DNA of 32,000 bases from Opitutales bacterium (GTDB lineage Bacteria > Verrucomicrobiota > Verrucomicrobiia > Opitutales > PNEW01), in the NCBI GenBank assembly GCA_965219535.1, contig CBDCNV010000002.1, positions 2,040,001 through 2,072,000 on the forward strand, given 5' to 3'. Made by a program: the position numbers and the translations under genes. Positions 10,328 to 19,980 of the stretch are shown here, piece after piece (the stretch's first letter is position 1; the number at the start of each line of letters is the position of its first letter). The notes below the pieces were generated by a model. That model worked only from the letters and a program-made list of their open reading frames with translations, was not told the origin of the DNA and ran no database searches.

Positions 10328-10340
10328 AATTTCACCTTTA

Positions 10341-10648
10341 CTAAATCGTTTCCTCATAAATTGTGACCGTAATTTCATCACCGTCTTCATTGATGAATGT
10401 TTCATCGATGGTCTGCGTCACCTGTTCCGTTCCGTCCGACTTAACATTGTTCTGAGAGACCAAGGTATCAAATCCAGGTGTCGTCGATCCGCTCTCAGCT
10501 ACTACGATGTCGGCTTCGTTCGTCTGAATGAGATCGCCTCCAGCGATCCGCAATCCCGGATTTGACGCGGCAACCGTAAAAGACCCTTCTCCAAATAGAA
10601 TGTTTGGCACCGCATCACCTGAAGCGTCGATGTCTCCGATTAAGACAC
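10341..10648 (-). pseudogene. C-terminal ~100-codon remnant of a third copy of the large secreted paralogue family, cut off by the IS3-family element
   Basis: The minus-strand translation ...VLIGDIDASGDAVPNILFGEGSFTVAASNPGLRIAGGDLIQTNEADIVVAESGSTTPGFDTLVSQNNVKSD...NEDGDEITVTIYEETI aligns colinearly with the last ~100 aa of the 26514-28754 and 29283-31496 products. Similarity runs right up to the IS left end at 10649. Confidence 0.85.
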
Positions 10649-10713
10649 TGGAGTGACCCCCAAAAATCGTATCATTTACAGAGAGAGGTTATCGGGATAA
10701 ACAGATAACCTCA

Positions 10714-11007
10714 ATGAAAAGAAAAAGATACACAACAGAACAGATTATAACAATATTGCGGCAAGCCGATACCGGTAAAACGGTACAGGAAATCTGCCGT
10801 GGAAACAACCTGAGCGAACAGACTTTCTATCGCTGGCGTAAAAAATATGGCAATTTAGAACTTGCCGATGCGAAGCGATTTAAAGAGCTGGAAAAAGAAT
10901 TCACGAGCGCAAGCGAGAAGGCCTGACATACCGAGCTGAAGAAGCTGCTCGCAGATCAAATGCTCAAGAATCAGGTAATGGAGGAAACGCTGTCAAAAAA
11001 ATGGTGA
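10714..11007 (+). pseudogene. IS3-family OrfA (HTH plus leucine-zipper), interrupted by an in-frame TGA at 10924-10926
   Basis: MKRKRYTTEQIITILRQADTGKTVQEICRGNNLSEQTFYRWRKKYG... continues in the same frame after the stop as ...TELKKLLADQMLKNQVMEETLSKKW*. Confidence 0.8.
10995..11001 (+). promoter_or_regulatory. A7 programmed -1 ribosomal frameshift site joining OrfA to OrfB
   Basis: In tcA AAA AAA tgg tga, OrfA is in frame 1. A -1 slip gives KKMVSPKQKK..., the OrfB frame. This is the canonical IS3-family arrangement. Confidence 0.7.
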
Positions 11008-11966
11008 GCCCAAAGCAGAAGAAACGAGTAGTAAAAGCTGCGGCTGAGAAAGGGTTGTGCTCGTTGCGGAGGGCTTGTGCTTATCTCAGCCTGAGTTGGT
11101 CAACGTTCAGTTACCGGCCCAAACAGGCCAGTGAGAAAGCTCAGCGGTTGGTCGAGCGGATTGTGAGCTTGTCCTGGAAACATCCCCGCTACGGTTACCG
11201 GCGCATCCGTGCCTTGCTGGTAAAGGAAGGCTGGACAACAAGCAGGAAGTTTGTCCAGGCGGTACGACGTTCAGAAGGGCTGCAGGTAAAGCCCCCGAAA
11301 AAGGGCAGACACCGTCAAGGAGTCTCTACGGGGTCACCTACTAAAGCAAAGGGTCGCAATCACGTTTGGTCCTGGGACTTTGTCCATGATCGTACAGACA
11401 ACGGCGGTCCATTAAAGATGATGACTCTAATCGATGTACCGAGGAGCTGAAAGCGACGACACTCAAGCGAAGCGAAGACATATACGCGTAAATGCCTGGA
11501 TATCCGGGTCGCTCGTCAACTCACCTCAACCGATGTCCTCTCTGTGCTTAGCGAGGCCATTGAAGAGGAGGGACCTCCCAGCTATATCCGTAGTGACAAC
11601 GGCAGTGAGTTCATTGCTCATCAAGTGCAGCAGTGGTTGTCCGGTAATAACATAAAGGCGATCTATATCGATCCGGGCAGTCCCTGGCAAAACGGTTTCA
11701 TCGAGTCGTTTCACAACCGCTTACGCGATGAGTGTTTGAACCGTGAAGTGTTGCTCAGCGTGGCTGAAGCGCAAGTGGTAATCGAACAATGGCGTCAGAC
11801 CTATAACCATGAACATCCCCACAGTCGTTTAGGCTTCAAAAGCCCACAAGAGTTTGTCAGATTCCTTTCCGATCTTGGCCGCGTTCGGGCTACGCCCTCA
11901 CTTCGCCAAGATCTCTCATATACATCAATCCTAAAACCATTAACACCCGGTAACTCTCTCACTTAA
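11001..11966 (+). pseudogene. IS3-family OrfB (DDE/RNase-H-fold transposase), interrupted by an in-frame TGA at 11448-11450
   Basis: WSWDFVHDRTDNGGPLKMMTLID...(TGA)...YTRKCLDIRVARQLTSTDVLSVLSEAIEEEGPPSYIRSDNGSEFIA...IDPGSPWQNGFIESFHNRLRDECLN...YNHEHPHSRLG. Both halves are in the same frame. Confidence 0.85.
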
Positions 11967-12065
11967 ATTGGTACGAAAAACGGGGTCCGATCAATGATGT
12001 TGTTACTTTTGGTAATTAATAAACCTAAACAACCATAATTATTTATATACTAGCTATTTATGAAA

Positions 12066-12145
<80 letters not shown>

Positions 12146-12212
12146 ATAAAAGTGAAATGTGCACTAAGAGTTCAGATGACGTCAAGTTAAAGATGTATCG
12201 TTGAAAAGGGCT

Positions 12213-13139
12213 TTAAAGAGATAATGACTTGCGTGCTGCGCTCATCATTGCCTCTGCCGGGACGCTTGCTTCGCTCCAGATTTCAAGCGAGCGTGCGCCC
12301 TGCCAGACGAGCATGGTGAGACCGTGGGCACCTTTCATTCCCCGACTTGCGGCATCTCGCAGGAGTGCAGTATCAGCGGGTTTATATATCAAATCGTAAA
12401 TTTTCAGGGATTGGTCAAAGCGATCCAAGTCAATCGGTGAGGGGTCTTCCTTATGTAAACCCAGGGAGGTGGCGTTTATTAGCAATCCGGTTTCAGGTAA
12501 GTCGGAGGGAGGGGAACTGAGAGTGAAACCCGCTACTTTGCTAAATGAACGGTGGGTGCCCAAGCTATTGAGGAGCGCTGCAAGGCGTTCTTGATTGCGA
12601 TTACCGATCCACAATGCTTCGCATTCACCTTCAAGGCATTGAACGGCAGCTGATCGACCCGCGCCGCCGGCACCGAGGAGTATAACCGTTGCCTCTTTCA
12701 ATTCCGTATCCAGGTCTTGTTGGATTGCTTTTTCAAGACCGTAACCATCTGTATTGTAACCGTGATAGCCATCGTCCTGCCAATGAAGAGTATTGACGGC
12801 GCCGACATGTTGTGCGGCAGGATCGACTTTTGTAATCAGGGGCACAGCTTCGACTTTATGAGGAAGGGTGAGGTTAAGTCCGACGAAATTTTTTTTATAG
12901 AATAAGGGAAGGGCAGAGGATAAGTCCTCCGGTAAAATATCAAATTTAAAATAACGCCATTTTGTAAAACGGGAATCATCATCACTCATCAGCGAGAGTG
13001 CGGCATTGTGCATCGCGGGGCTGACAGAGTGGGCTATGGGGTTACCGATGACGGCCAGTGATACACCTTCAAATTTCCAGTTCTCAAGGTCAATCAGACG
13101 ATAGACACTATCGGTATCGGGGTCGTTCGTGAGTGACAT
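12213..13139 (-). CDS. aroE: Shikimate 5-dehydrogenase
   Basis: Motifs SVSPAMHNAA, NTDGYG and LGAGGAGRSAA (NADP site). The ORF track starts at TTG 13142; the ATG at 13139 is the likelier start. It lies directly after the upstream gene stop. Confidence 0.9.
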   Translation of the reverse strand: MSLTNDPDTDSVYRLIDLENWKFEGVSLAVIGNPIAHSVSPAMHNAALSLMSDDDSRFTKWRYFKFDILPEDLSSALPLFYKKNFVGLNLTLPHKVEAVPLITKVDPAAQHVGAVNTLHWQDDGYHGYNTDGYGLEKAIQQDLDTELKEATVILLGAGGAGRSAAVQCLEGECEALWIGNRNQERLAALLNSLGTHRSFSKVAGFTLSSPPSDLPETGLLINATSLGLHKEDPSPIDLDRFDQSLKIYDLIYKPADTALLRDAASRGMKGAHGLTMLVWQGARSLEIWSEASVPAEAMMSAARKSLSL

Positions 13140-13142
13140 CAA

Positions 13143-14006
13143 TCAGGACTTAGCGTGTCGTCGATAAATTGTCTCAAACTCCCGAACAAAACTGGCAAAT
13201 AACCTGGCTCGCTCTGGGTCATTATTTAAAGTATATTGACGACTCAGATTAGCGCAACTTCGGCGCAGAATCTGACCGACAGGGATCGGTGCGAAATAAC
13301 TGGGCTTGGGGCTGAAATTTTCATTACAGAGGAAATCATTGAGGTCTTCTTCCATCTTGAACCTTCCCCGCTCGTAGGGGTCGATGTAAAAAGGGGTTTC
13401 TTCAAGAAAACAGCCGACTAAAAATCTGACCGGCATACCGATGGGTTCAAGGTTGATGCCGCAGCGCTGTGCGACAAGAATGTAGAGAATGGAAAGAGTG
13501 ATCGGTATCCCTTTACGCCGAATCAGGACCTGGCTGATTAAGCTGTTCAGCGGGTCATCGAAATTTTCGGTATTTCCGCGGAATCCGGATTCGTGAAAAA
13601 TTACCCGGTTTAAGACTTTGCATTTTTCCCAAGGCGTACTGGGCAGGATCATAATTTCTCGGCAGCGCGCGGCGATGGCATCTATCTGGATACAGCATTC
13701 AGCAACATCCACGTTGGGGAATACCGTTCGGTCCAGAAGAAGACTTCCCGTTTCGAGCTCGTAATTCAAAGATCTTATAAACCGATAAAACTCCGCGACC
13801 GTGTCATGACCGGAAATTTTCTGAAGGAATTCACGAGCATGGGAGGAGAGAATGCGGTTGTTGTTATGAGTAAGTTTCTGTAAAAGATGGATCCCTCTAT
13901 CATCCATTCTTTTAAACTCTTTGATCAGCGCTTCTTGAACGACAGGTGTATCGTCATCCATAAGTCGGATGAGAGCACCGTCATGTTCATTGCTTAATCT
14001 ATTCAT
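13143..14006 (-). CDS. Transglutaminase-like (SirB1/UPF0162-type) protein with a helical N-terminal extension
   Basis: The core GFRGNTENFDDPLNSLISQVLIRRKGIPITLSILYILVAQRCGINLEPIGMPVRFLV resembles the transglutaminase-like core-2 family. 287 aa, adjacent to aroE with no gap. Confidence 0.65.
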   Translation of the reverse strand: MNRLSNEHDGALIRLMDDDTPVVQEALIKEFKRMDDRGIHLLQKLTHNNNRILSSHAREFLQKISGHDTVAEFYRFIRSLNYELETGSLLLDRTVFPNVDVAECCIQIDAIAARCREIMILPSTPWEKCKVLNRVIFHESGFRGNTENFDDPLNSLISQVLIRRKGIPITLSILYILVAQRCGINLEPIGMPVRFLVGCFLEETPFYIDPYERGRFKMEEDLNDFLCNENFSPKPSYFAPIPVGQILRRSCANLSRQYTLNNDPERARLFASFVREFETIYRRHAKS

Positions 14007-14140
14007 CGCATTATCTTAAGTGAATCAGAAATTGTGTTTCTCGCAATCAAGAAATCTAAAAAATTATTTTATAAAAAATAATTTGTAAGTAGCAGGAGAA
14101 CTTATATCAAACAGTCTGCGAATAAATTATTCGAAAAACT

Positions 14141-14839
14141 TTATTGATTTTCGCGTTCACCGTAAAGTGCAGTGCCAATGCGTATTAACGTACTTCCGGC
14201 CTTTATGGCTTGTGTCATATCACCTGTCATTCCCATTGATAATTCGGGAAGAGGTATTCCGAACTTTATGGCAAGCGAGTCTCGCAAAGAACGAAGACGC
14301 TCGAAACATTTTGCGGCTATATCACGGTTATTGCTAAGTGGTGCAATTGTCATCAAGCCTTCGACTTTGAGATTATTACATTGAAGGGCAGATTCAAGAA
14401 GCTCTTTTGCCGCTTCGAGAGTTGCTCCATATTTTGCCGGATCCTCACCGGCATTAATCTGTAATAGTATAGGTAGAGTTTTGTTTGATTCACCACACAA
14501 TCGATCGAGGGAGTTAAGTATTTTCAAACGATCGACGGATTGAATACGATCAAAAGTTGCGACTGCCAATTTCGCTTTATTCGACTGTAGATGGCCGATA
14601 AATTCCCAACGCAGACGCGAATTTATTTTTTGCTTCTTATCGCTTGCTTCCTGGACCAGGTTTTCACCTATCGCCTCAAATCCGTAGCGTTCGGCATATT
14701 CTACCGCTTGATAGGGGTGTGATTTAGTTACCGCTAGAACTTTTACTTCGGTTGGTTTTCGACCGCACTGGGCGCAGGCTTCCGCGATTTTTTTTTCTAT
14801 CAGTTCAGCGTATTTCTCGAATTTTGGGTAATTTATCAT
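14141..14839 (-). CDS. yggS: YggS-family PLP-binding homeostasis protein
   Basis: 232 aa. Motifs LAVTKSHP (PLP lysine), GENLVQEA, WEFIGHLQSNK and ELSMGMTGD. Confidence 0.9.
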   Translation of the reverse strand: MINYPKFEKYAELIEKKIAEACAQCGRKPTEVKVLAVTKSHPYQAVEYAERYGFEAIGENLVQEASDKKQKINSRLRWEFIGHLQSNKAKLAVATFDRIQSVDRLKILNSLDRLCGESNKTLPILLQINAGEDPAKYGATLEAAKELLESALQCNNLKVEGLMTIAPLSNNRDIAAKCFERLRSLRDSLAIKFGIPLPELSMGMTGDMTQAIKAGSTLIRIGTALYGERENQ

Positions 14840-14864
14840 TAATCCGGGCCGAATATTTGATTAG

Positions 14865-14889
14865 TAATGCTGTATTCATGTTTGCATTA
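14865..14889. promoter_or_regulatory. Candidate operator in the yggS / LysR-regulator divergent spacer
   Basis: Inverted repeat TAATGC-N13-GCATTA (14865-14870 / 14884-14889), flanked by direct TGATTAG repeats, about 30 nt upstream of the LysR-type gene. This is only a pattern match to LysR-style dyads. Confidence 0.25.
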
Positions 14890-14917
14890 TGATTAGAAAT
14901 AGTGATATAGCAATATC

Positions 14918-15829
14918 ATGCATATTGAGAATTTTAAAATATTTTCAGATTTAGTTGAAAGCCAGAGTTTTTCTCGCGCAGCAAAATTAAATAGTATCAC
15001 CCAATCGGCAGTGAGTCAGCAACTTCGGGCGATGGAAAAACATTTTCATGTGTTAATTGTCGATCGCAGCCAAAAGCAATTTCGTTTAACGCGGGAAGGG
15101 CAAAAGCTATACGACAGCTCAAAAGACATACTCCACCGCTACGAAAAGCTCAATAGCGAGCTTCTGGAGATGAAAAAAGTGATCAGCGGAACGATCCACA
15201 TCTCGACAATTTACAGTATCGGGTTGCATGAATTGCCCGAATATATCACTAAATTTTTAAAAGAATTTCCTTCCGTCAATGTAAGAGTAGAGTACCGGCG
15301 TTCAAACATGGTTTACGAAGACATCCTGCATAATTCGGTAGACTTCGGTTTAGTTGCTTATCCGACAAAAATGCGTCAGCTGGAAATTATTCCTTTTATG
15401 GAAGACCGGTTAGCGGTTATCTGTAATCCACAACACCCCTTCGCGAAAAAAGAGGGAGTGGATATTAAGGAATTAACGGGCCAAAAACTGGTAAATTTTG
15501 AATCGGATATCCCAACCCGGAAAGCAATCGACCAGTTGTTTAAAGAGAACAAAGTAGAAATTGATCCGGTGATGGAATTTGACAACATTGAGACAGTTAA
15601 ACGCGCCGTAGAAATCGATGCAGGTATAGCAATTCTTCCACTCGCGACCGTAGAACAGGAAGTAAGTCAGCGTTTGCTTAATGCCGTCCATATTAAAGGG
15701 AAAAAAATTGTCCGACCACTTGTTATTCTGCATAGAAAAGGGCGTGTATTAACAACGGCGATGAAAAAATTTATTGTTACCCTTACGGGTAAAGCCTATA
15801 AGGATCCAGATAAAGCTAACGATCGATAG
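14918..15829 (+). CDS. LysR-family transcriptional regulator
   Basis: N-terminal wHTH FSRAAKLNSITQSAVSQQLRAMEKHF followed by a ~200-aa substrate-binding-type domain. 303 aa. Confidence 0.9.
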   Translation: MHIENFKIFSDLVESQSFSRAAKLNSITQSAVSQQLRAMEKHFHVLIVDRSQKQFRLTREGQKLYDSSKDILHRYEKLNSELLEMKKVISGTIHISTIYSIGLHELPEYITKFLKEFPSVNVRVEYRRSNMVYEDILHNSVDFGLVAYPTKMRQLEIIPFMEDRLAVICNPQHPFAKKEGVDIKELTGQKLVNFESDIPTRKAIDQLFKENKVEIDPVMEFDNIETVKRAVEIDAGIAILPLATVEQEVSQRLLNAVHIKGKKIVRPLVILHRKGRVLTTAMKKFIVTLTGKAYKDPDKANDR

Positions 15830-15861
15830 TATTATCGAATAATCTTTATCACGAAGTCTTA

Positions 15862-15882
15862 TTACCCGGATAAAGCGGGTAA
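15862..15882 (+). terminator. Candidate terminator hairpin after the LysR-type gene
   Basis: TTACCCG (15862-15868) pairs with CGGGTAA (15876-15882) around a 7-nt loop. The downstream sequence is A/T-rich but is not a clean T-run. Confidence 0.3.
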
Positions 15883-15977
15883 ATATATCTCCTTCATGGG
15901 GTGAATGTAGCTAATTGTGGGTTATATTAATACGGTATAGGTGCGAAATAGATCCAAATGTGACTTATTGATGTGGC

Positions 15978-18086
15978 ATGGTGTCTAAAAACAATTCTGA
16001 ATCTTACTTAAATGGGAAGGATATGGCTATAACTGAAGATTCAAAAGTAAGTGACGAAGTGGGGGACGATTCTTGCCATGCTGATTCAAATACTTTCATA
16101 CGTTTAGAACCACGATTCTGGATAGCTTTAATCTTCACGATCCCTGTTCTGGTCTTAGCCATGGCGGAGATGGTTCCGTTTTTAAATATTCAGGCAATAC
16201 TTCCGGAAAAAACAATTTTATGGCTGCAATTAATACTTGCGACACCTGTGGTCTGCTGGGCGGGATTGCCATTTTTTAAGTGGGGCTGGCAATCTTTAAT
16301 CAAGTTGGATTTCAACATGTGGACCTTGATCTCAATCGGGACGGGTACCGCTTACCTTTTCAGTTTATTGGCAATTGTCGTTCCCGATATTTTTCCACCG
16401 TCGGTTGGCAGTGATGGCATGTTACCCATTTATTTTGAATCTGCAGCGGTCATTATAACGCTCGTCCTCTTCGGCCAAATATTGGAATCGCGGGCGAGTG
16501 ATAAAACCGGGGATGCAATCCGCAGTTTATTAGACCAGTCGCCCAAAGTAGCCTGCCGGGTGGAAACGAGCGGAGATCAGATCGTTTCTCTCGATCTTGT
16601 AAAAATAAATGATCGTTTGCGTGTCCGTCCGGGGGATAAAATACCCGTCGATGGTACTATCGTGGAAGGGAGTAGTTCTATTACCGAATCGATGATCAGC
16701 GGTGAGTCCATTCCCGTAGATAAAACGGTGGGAGATGCAGTAATTGGTGGGACGATAAATAATGAAGGTGCCTTTATTATGAAGGCAGAGAGGGTAGGCG
16801 CAGAAACGGTTTTAGCACGTATTATCGATCTTGTTTCAAAAGCTCAGAAAAGCCAGGCCCCTATCCAGCGTGTCGCGGACAGGGTATCAGCTTTCTTTGT
16901 CCCCGCGGTTATCGCCATTGCTTTCATTACATTTATATTTTGGATAGTGTGGGGACCGGAACCTCGCTTGAACTACGCACTCATCAATGCCGTTTCCGTA
17001 TTGATCATCGCCTGTCCCTGTGCTCTTGGTTTAGCTACACCGTTGTCGATCATGGTCGGTGTAGGGCGGGGCGCACAGTCTGGAGTTTTCATTAAAGACG
17101 CTATTGCCCTTGAAACTCTAAGCGGGGTGCAGTCACTACTTCTGGATAAAACAGGAACGCTAACTGAGGGACGGCCACGTGTAGTTGAGATTAATGCGTT
17201 AGATCCTTGGGAAGAAAACGAGATACTACAATACGCCGCTACCTTGGAGAAAAACAGCGCGCACCCTTTAGGGGTAGCCATCGTTGATGCAACAGCGGAG
17301 AAAAAAATAATACTGCTGAACGCTGAAGCTATAGCATCGGTCCCCGGTGGCGGTATCGAAGGTGTTATTGATGATAGAAAAATTCACATTGGGAAAGTTT
17401 CATGGTTGAACGAAAGTGGTGTTGATATTCCAAATAATGTAAGGCAAGAGATTAACGGGCTCAGTGAAGCGGGGCGCAGCTGCGCGTTAATCGCGGTCGA
17501 TGGAATTTTAGCGGGTTTCCTGGCTTTATCTGATCCAATTAAAAAAGGGACGAGAGGGGTTGTTAAAAATCTTCATGCCATGGGGCTGAAGCTTATTATC
17601 TTGTCCGGTGATAGCAAGGGTGCGGCAAAGGCAACGGCTGAAGAATTGGGCATTGATGAATATTATGGTGATCTTGTCCCGGAAGAGAAAAACACATTTG
17701 TAAAGAAAATGAAGGGTCAGCATCTGAAAGTAGCAATGGCTGGAGATGGGGTGAATGATGCGCCGGCTTTAACTGAAGCTGATGTTGGTATCGCGATGGG
17801 AAAAGGTTCCGACATCGCGATTGAGAGCGCTGGAATTACCTTGTTGGAGGGAGATCTGAGTGGGATTGAAAAAGCGTTTCGAATCAGTCGCTATACCCTA
17901 CGCAATATTCGGCAAAACTTATTTTTCGCTTTTTTCTATAATGCGTTAAGTATCCCCATTGCCGCTGGCATCCTTTATCCATTTTTCGGAATTCTTTTAA
18001 ATCCGATGATTGCCGGTGCGGTAATGAGTATGAGCTCTCTCTCCGTTGTTCTCAATGCTTTGAGGTTGAGAAATGTATCTTTGTAA
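15978..18086 (+). CDS. copA: Heavy-metal (Cu+-type) P1B-type ATPase lacking a recognisable N-terminal HMA domain
   Basis: Motifs [18 protein letters not shown] (CPC), [15 protein letters not shown] and YN...P / MSMSS in the last TM helices. Alternative start ATG at 16023. There is no CxxC before the first TM helix. Confidence 0.9.
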   Translation: MVSKNNSESYLNGKDMAITEDSKVSDEVGDDSCHADSNTFIRLEPRFWIALIFTIPVLVLAMAEMVPFLNIQAILPEKTILWLQLILATPVVCWAGLPFFKWGWQSLIKLDFNMWTLISIGTGTAYLFSLLAIVVPDIFPPSVGSDGMLPIYFESAAVIITLVLFGQILESRASDKTGDAIRSLLDQSPKVACRVETSGDQIVSLDLVKINDRLRVRPGDKIPVDGTIVEGSSSITESMISGESIPVDKTVGDAVIGGTINNEGAFIMKAERVGAETVLARIIDLVSKAQKSQAPIQRVADRVSAFFVPAVIAIAFITFIFWIVWGPEPRLNYALINAVSVLIIACPCALGLATPLSIMVGVGRGAQSGVFIKDAIALETLSGVQSLLLDKTGTLTEGRPRVVEINALDPWEENEILQYAATLEKNSAHPLGVAIVDATAEKKIILLNAEAIASVPGGGIEGVIDDRKIHIGKVSWLNESGVDIPNNVRQEINGLSEAGRSCALIAVDGILAGFLALSDPIKKGTRGVVKNLHAMGLKLIILSGDSKGAAKATAEELGIDEYYGDLVPEEKNTFVKKMKGQHLKVAMAGDGVNDAPALTEADVGIAMGKGSDIAIESAGITLLEGDLSGIEKAFRISRYTLRNIRQNLFFAFFYNALSIPIAAGILYPFFGILLNPMIAGAVMSMSSLSVVLNALRLRNVSL

Positions 18087-18318
18087 CCGCGGATAACGCG
18101 GATAGACACGGATGATGAGATTAGGTGCGTAAAAAATGAAAATATTTCAGAGAGGTGAATCCCGATATTTCTCCATTTAGAAAATATCCCAATAATCAAT
18201 TTAATCTGTGCAATAATAGATTTTATGGGCGCACTTTTCTTGTGAATCTTGTGTTTTTGTAGATTCGTGTCCCACAGTTGCGCGGTTCGGTTGTGGCCAA
18301 TACATTTTATCTCTAAAA

Positions 18319-19683
18319 TTATTTTTTGTCGCTATTTGTTAATCGCCAATCTGTTATTCGGGATTCCGCCTCACTGATTTGCTTATCGTTCATAGATAAC
18401 TTTAGACGGTCCAAATCATTCTGGCTGCTGACACGCTCTGCTGCAGCGAGGCTCAACCAGGTATAAGCCCATATTGAATCCTGAGCGACGCCCTGGCCCT
18501 TTTCATACATTAAACCGAGGTCGTATTGAGCTTCAGTGAATCCCTTATCAGCGGCAGTGCGAAACCATTTTGCTGCTTTCTTATTGTTTTGTCGTGTCCC
18601 CAGGCCTTTGGCATACATTTGCCCAAGCCTGTACTGTGCTGGGGTGTAACCTTGATCAGCAGCCTTCTGATACCACTGGAAGGCTTCGGTATCACTTTGA
18701 TCTACACCTATTCCATTTTGGTACACTAACCCAAGATTATACTGTCCAAAATCGTCCTTTTCATCAGCCGAAGCGCGAAAAAAGTTGATGACCCTATCAA
18801 GGTGATTTCGCGCGGGAACATGTTCCTCTTCCGCTGCCTTGTAGTACCACTTAACAGCCTGGGCGTAATCCTGGGGCACTCCATGACCCATTTCATGCAT
18901 CCATCCCATGAGGAATATAGCTTCCACATCCCCCTGTTCAGTGGCTTTTCGAATCCACTTGATCGATTCGGAATAGTTGAGTTCTACTCCATCGCCATCC
19001 AGGTACATTAATCCAAGATTAAATTGAGCTTGGGCGAAACCCTGGTCAGCCGCTTTTTGGTACCATTTAACCGCTTCGGCGTAATCTTGTGGTACTCCTT
19101 TTCCCAGATTGTAAATTACTCCAAGATTGGTTTGCGCCTGGGCGGATCCCTGTTCGGCCGCCTTGCGATACCACATGCGTGATTTTTCATAATCGCGTTC
19201 GCCCCCCAATCCCTTTGCGTACATCATTCCAAGCGTGGTCTGGGCATCGGAAAATCCTGCTAAAGCCGCCTTGCGGTACCACTTAAACGCTTCATTAAAA
19301 TCTTCGTCTACACCCGAACCCTTAGCATACATCCATCCCAGGTTAGTTTGCGCTCGTACGTCACCTTGATCAGCCGCCTTGCGGTACCATTTGAGAGTCT
19401 CATCAGAATCTTGCTCAACGCCGAGCCCTTTGGCGTACATCCAACCCAGGTTGTTTTGAGCGGCCGCAAATTCTTGTTCGGCCGCTTTTTGATACCATTT
19501 GACGGCTTCAGCATAGTCTTGTCTTACTCCTTCTCCTTTTTCATATTTTATCCCTAACATGAATTGGGCTTCAGCCTCTCCATTATCCGCGCGCGCTTTT
19601 AATTCGGACAGTGATTCACTTTCCGCTCCGAAGGCATAACTGGTTAGAAAAAGACAGCTGATTATCGAGAACCAAAACCTCAT
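18319..19683 (-). CDS. Secreted Sel1-like repeat (SLR) protein
   Basis: N-terminal signal peptide MRFWFSIISCLFLTSYAFGA, then about 11 tandem ~36-aa units of the form A.KWY.KAA.QG...AQ..LG.MY..G.GV..D. Confidence 0.9.
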   Translation of the reverse strand: MRFWFSIISCLFLTSYAFGAESESLSELKARADNGEAEAQFMLGIKYEKGEGVRQDYAEAVKWYQKAAEQEFAAAQNNLGWMYAKGLGVEQDSDETLKWYRKAADQGDVRAQTNLGWMYAKGSGVDEDFNEAFKWYRKAALAGFSDAQTTLGMMYAKGLGGERDYEKSRMWYRKAAEQGSAQAQTNLGVIYNLGKGVPQDYAEAVKWYQKAADQGFAQAQFNLGLMYLDGDGVELNYSESIKWIRKATEQGDVEAIFLMGWMHEMGHGVPQDYAQAVKWYYKAAEEEHVPARNHLDRVINFFRASADEKDDFGQYNLGLVYQNGIGVDQSDTEAFQWYQKAADQGYTPAQYRLGQMYAKGLGTRQNNKKAAKWFRTAADKGFTEAQYDLGLMYEKGQGVAQDSIWAYTWLSLAAAERVSSQNDLDRLKLSMNDKQISEAESRITDWRLTNSDKK

Positions 19684-19980
19684 TTGAAAAAAAAGCTGTG
19701 ATAGAAATTAATCATGTATCAGTTAGCTAATAAAAGTGGCGGTATAATTTTTTGATTGAACTCTCTTTATACAAACTAAGAACAGACTGAATTAATGAAT
19801 TTATTTAAGCTAGCAAAATAATATCCTCGTGAGTAAATTGTCTTAACCCGATTGTTTGTTTGGGAGAAGATGATAAAATTAAGTGTAATTATAAGTATCT
19901 ATATATCATTTCGTATCATAAACTGATAATGTTAAATTAAACACCAGGTATCTAATTGCTTTTTGAAAGGCGTATTTAAA

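Larger units (their letters stand above)
10649..11993 (+). mobile_element. IS3-family insertion sequence (IS407/IS2-like), decayed copy
   Basis: Imperfect terminal inverted repeats TGGAGTGACCCCCAAAAATCGTA... (10649-) and ...TACGAAAAACGGGGTCCGATCA (-11993) give TG...CA termini. It has the two-ORF layout with an A7 slippery site. No flanking direct repeat is visible. Confidence 0.85.

Noticed and set aside
10924-11450. TGA recoding (Sec, Trp or Gly) as a way to make the IS3 transposase ORFs intact
   Set aside because: TGA terminates dnaA (611-613) and both large paralogues at positions that fit family lengths. TGA is therefore a normal stop here, and I saw no SECIS-like context.
18319-19683. 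Periodic nucleotide repeats that might be mistaken for a repeat array or CRISPR
   Set aside because: The periodicity is the ~108-nt coding repeat of Sel1-like modules within one long ORF. The units are diverged and there are no unique spacers.
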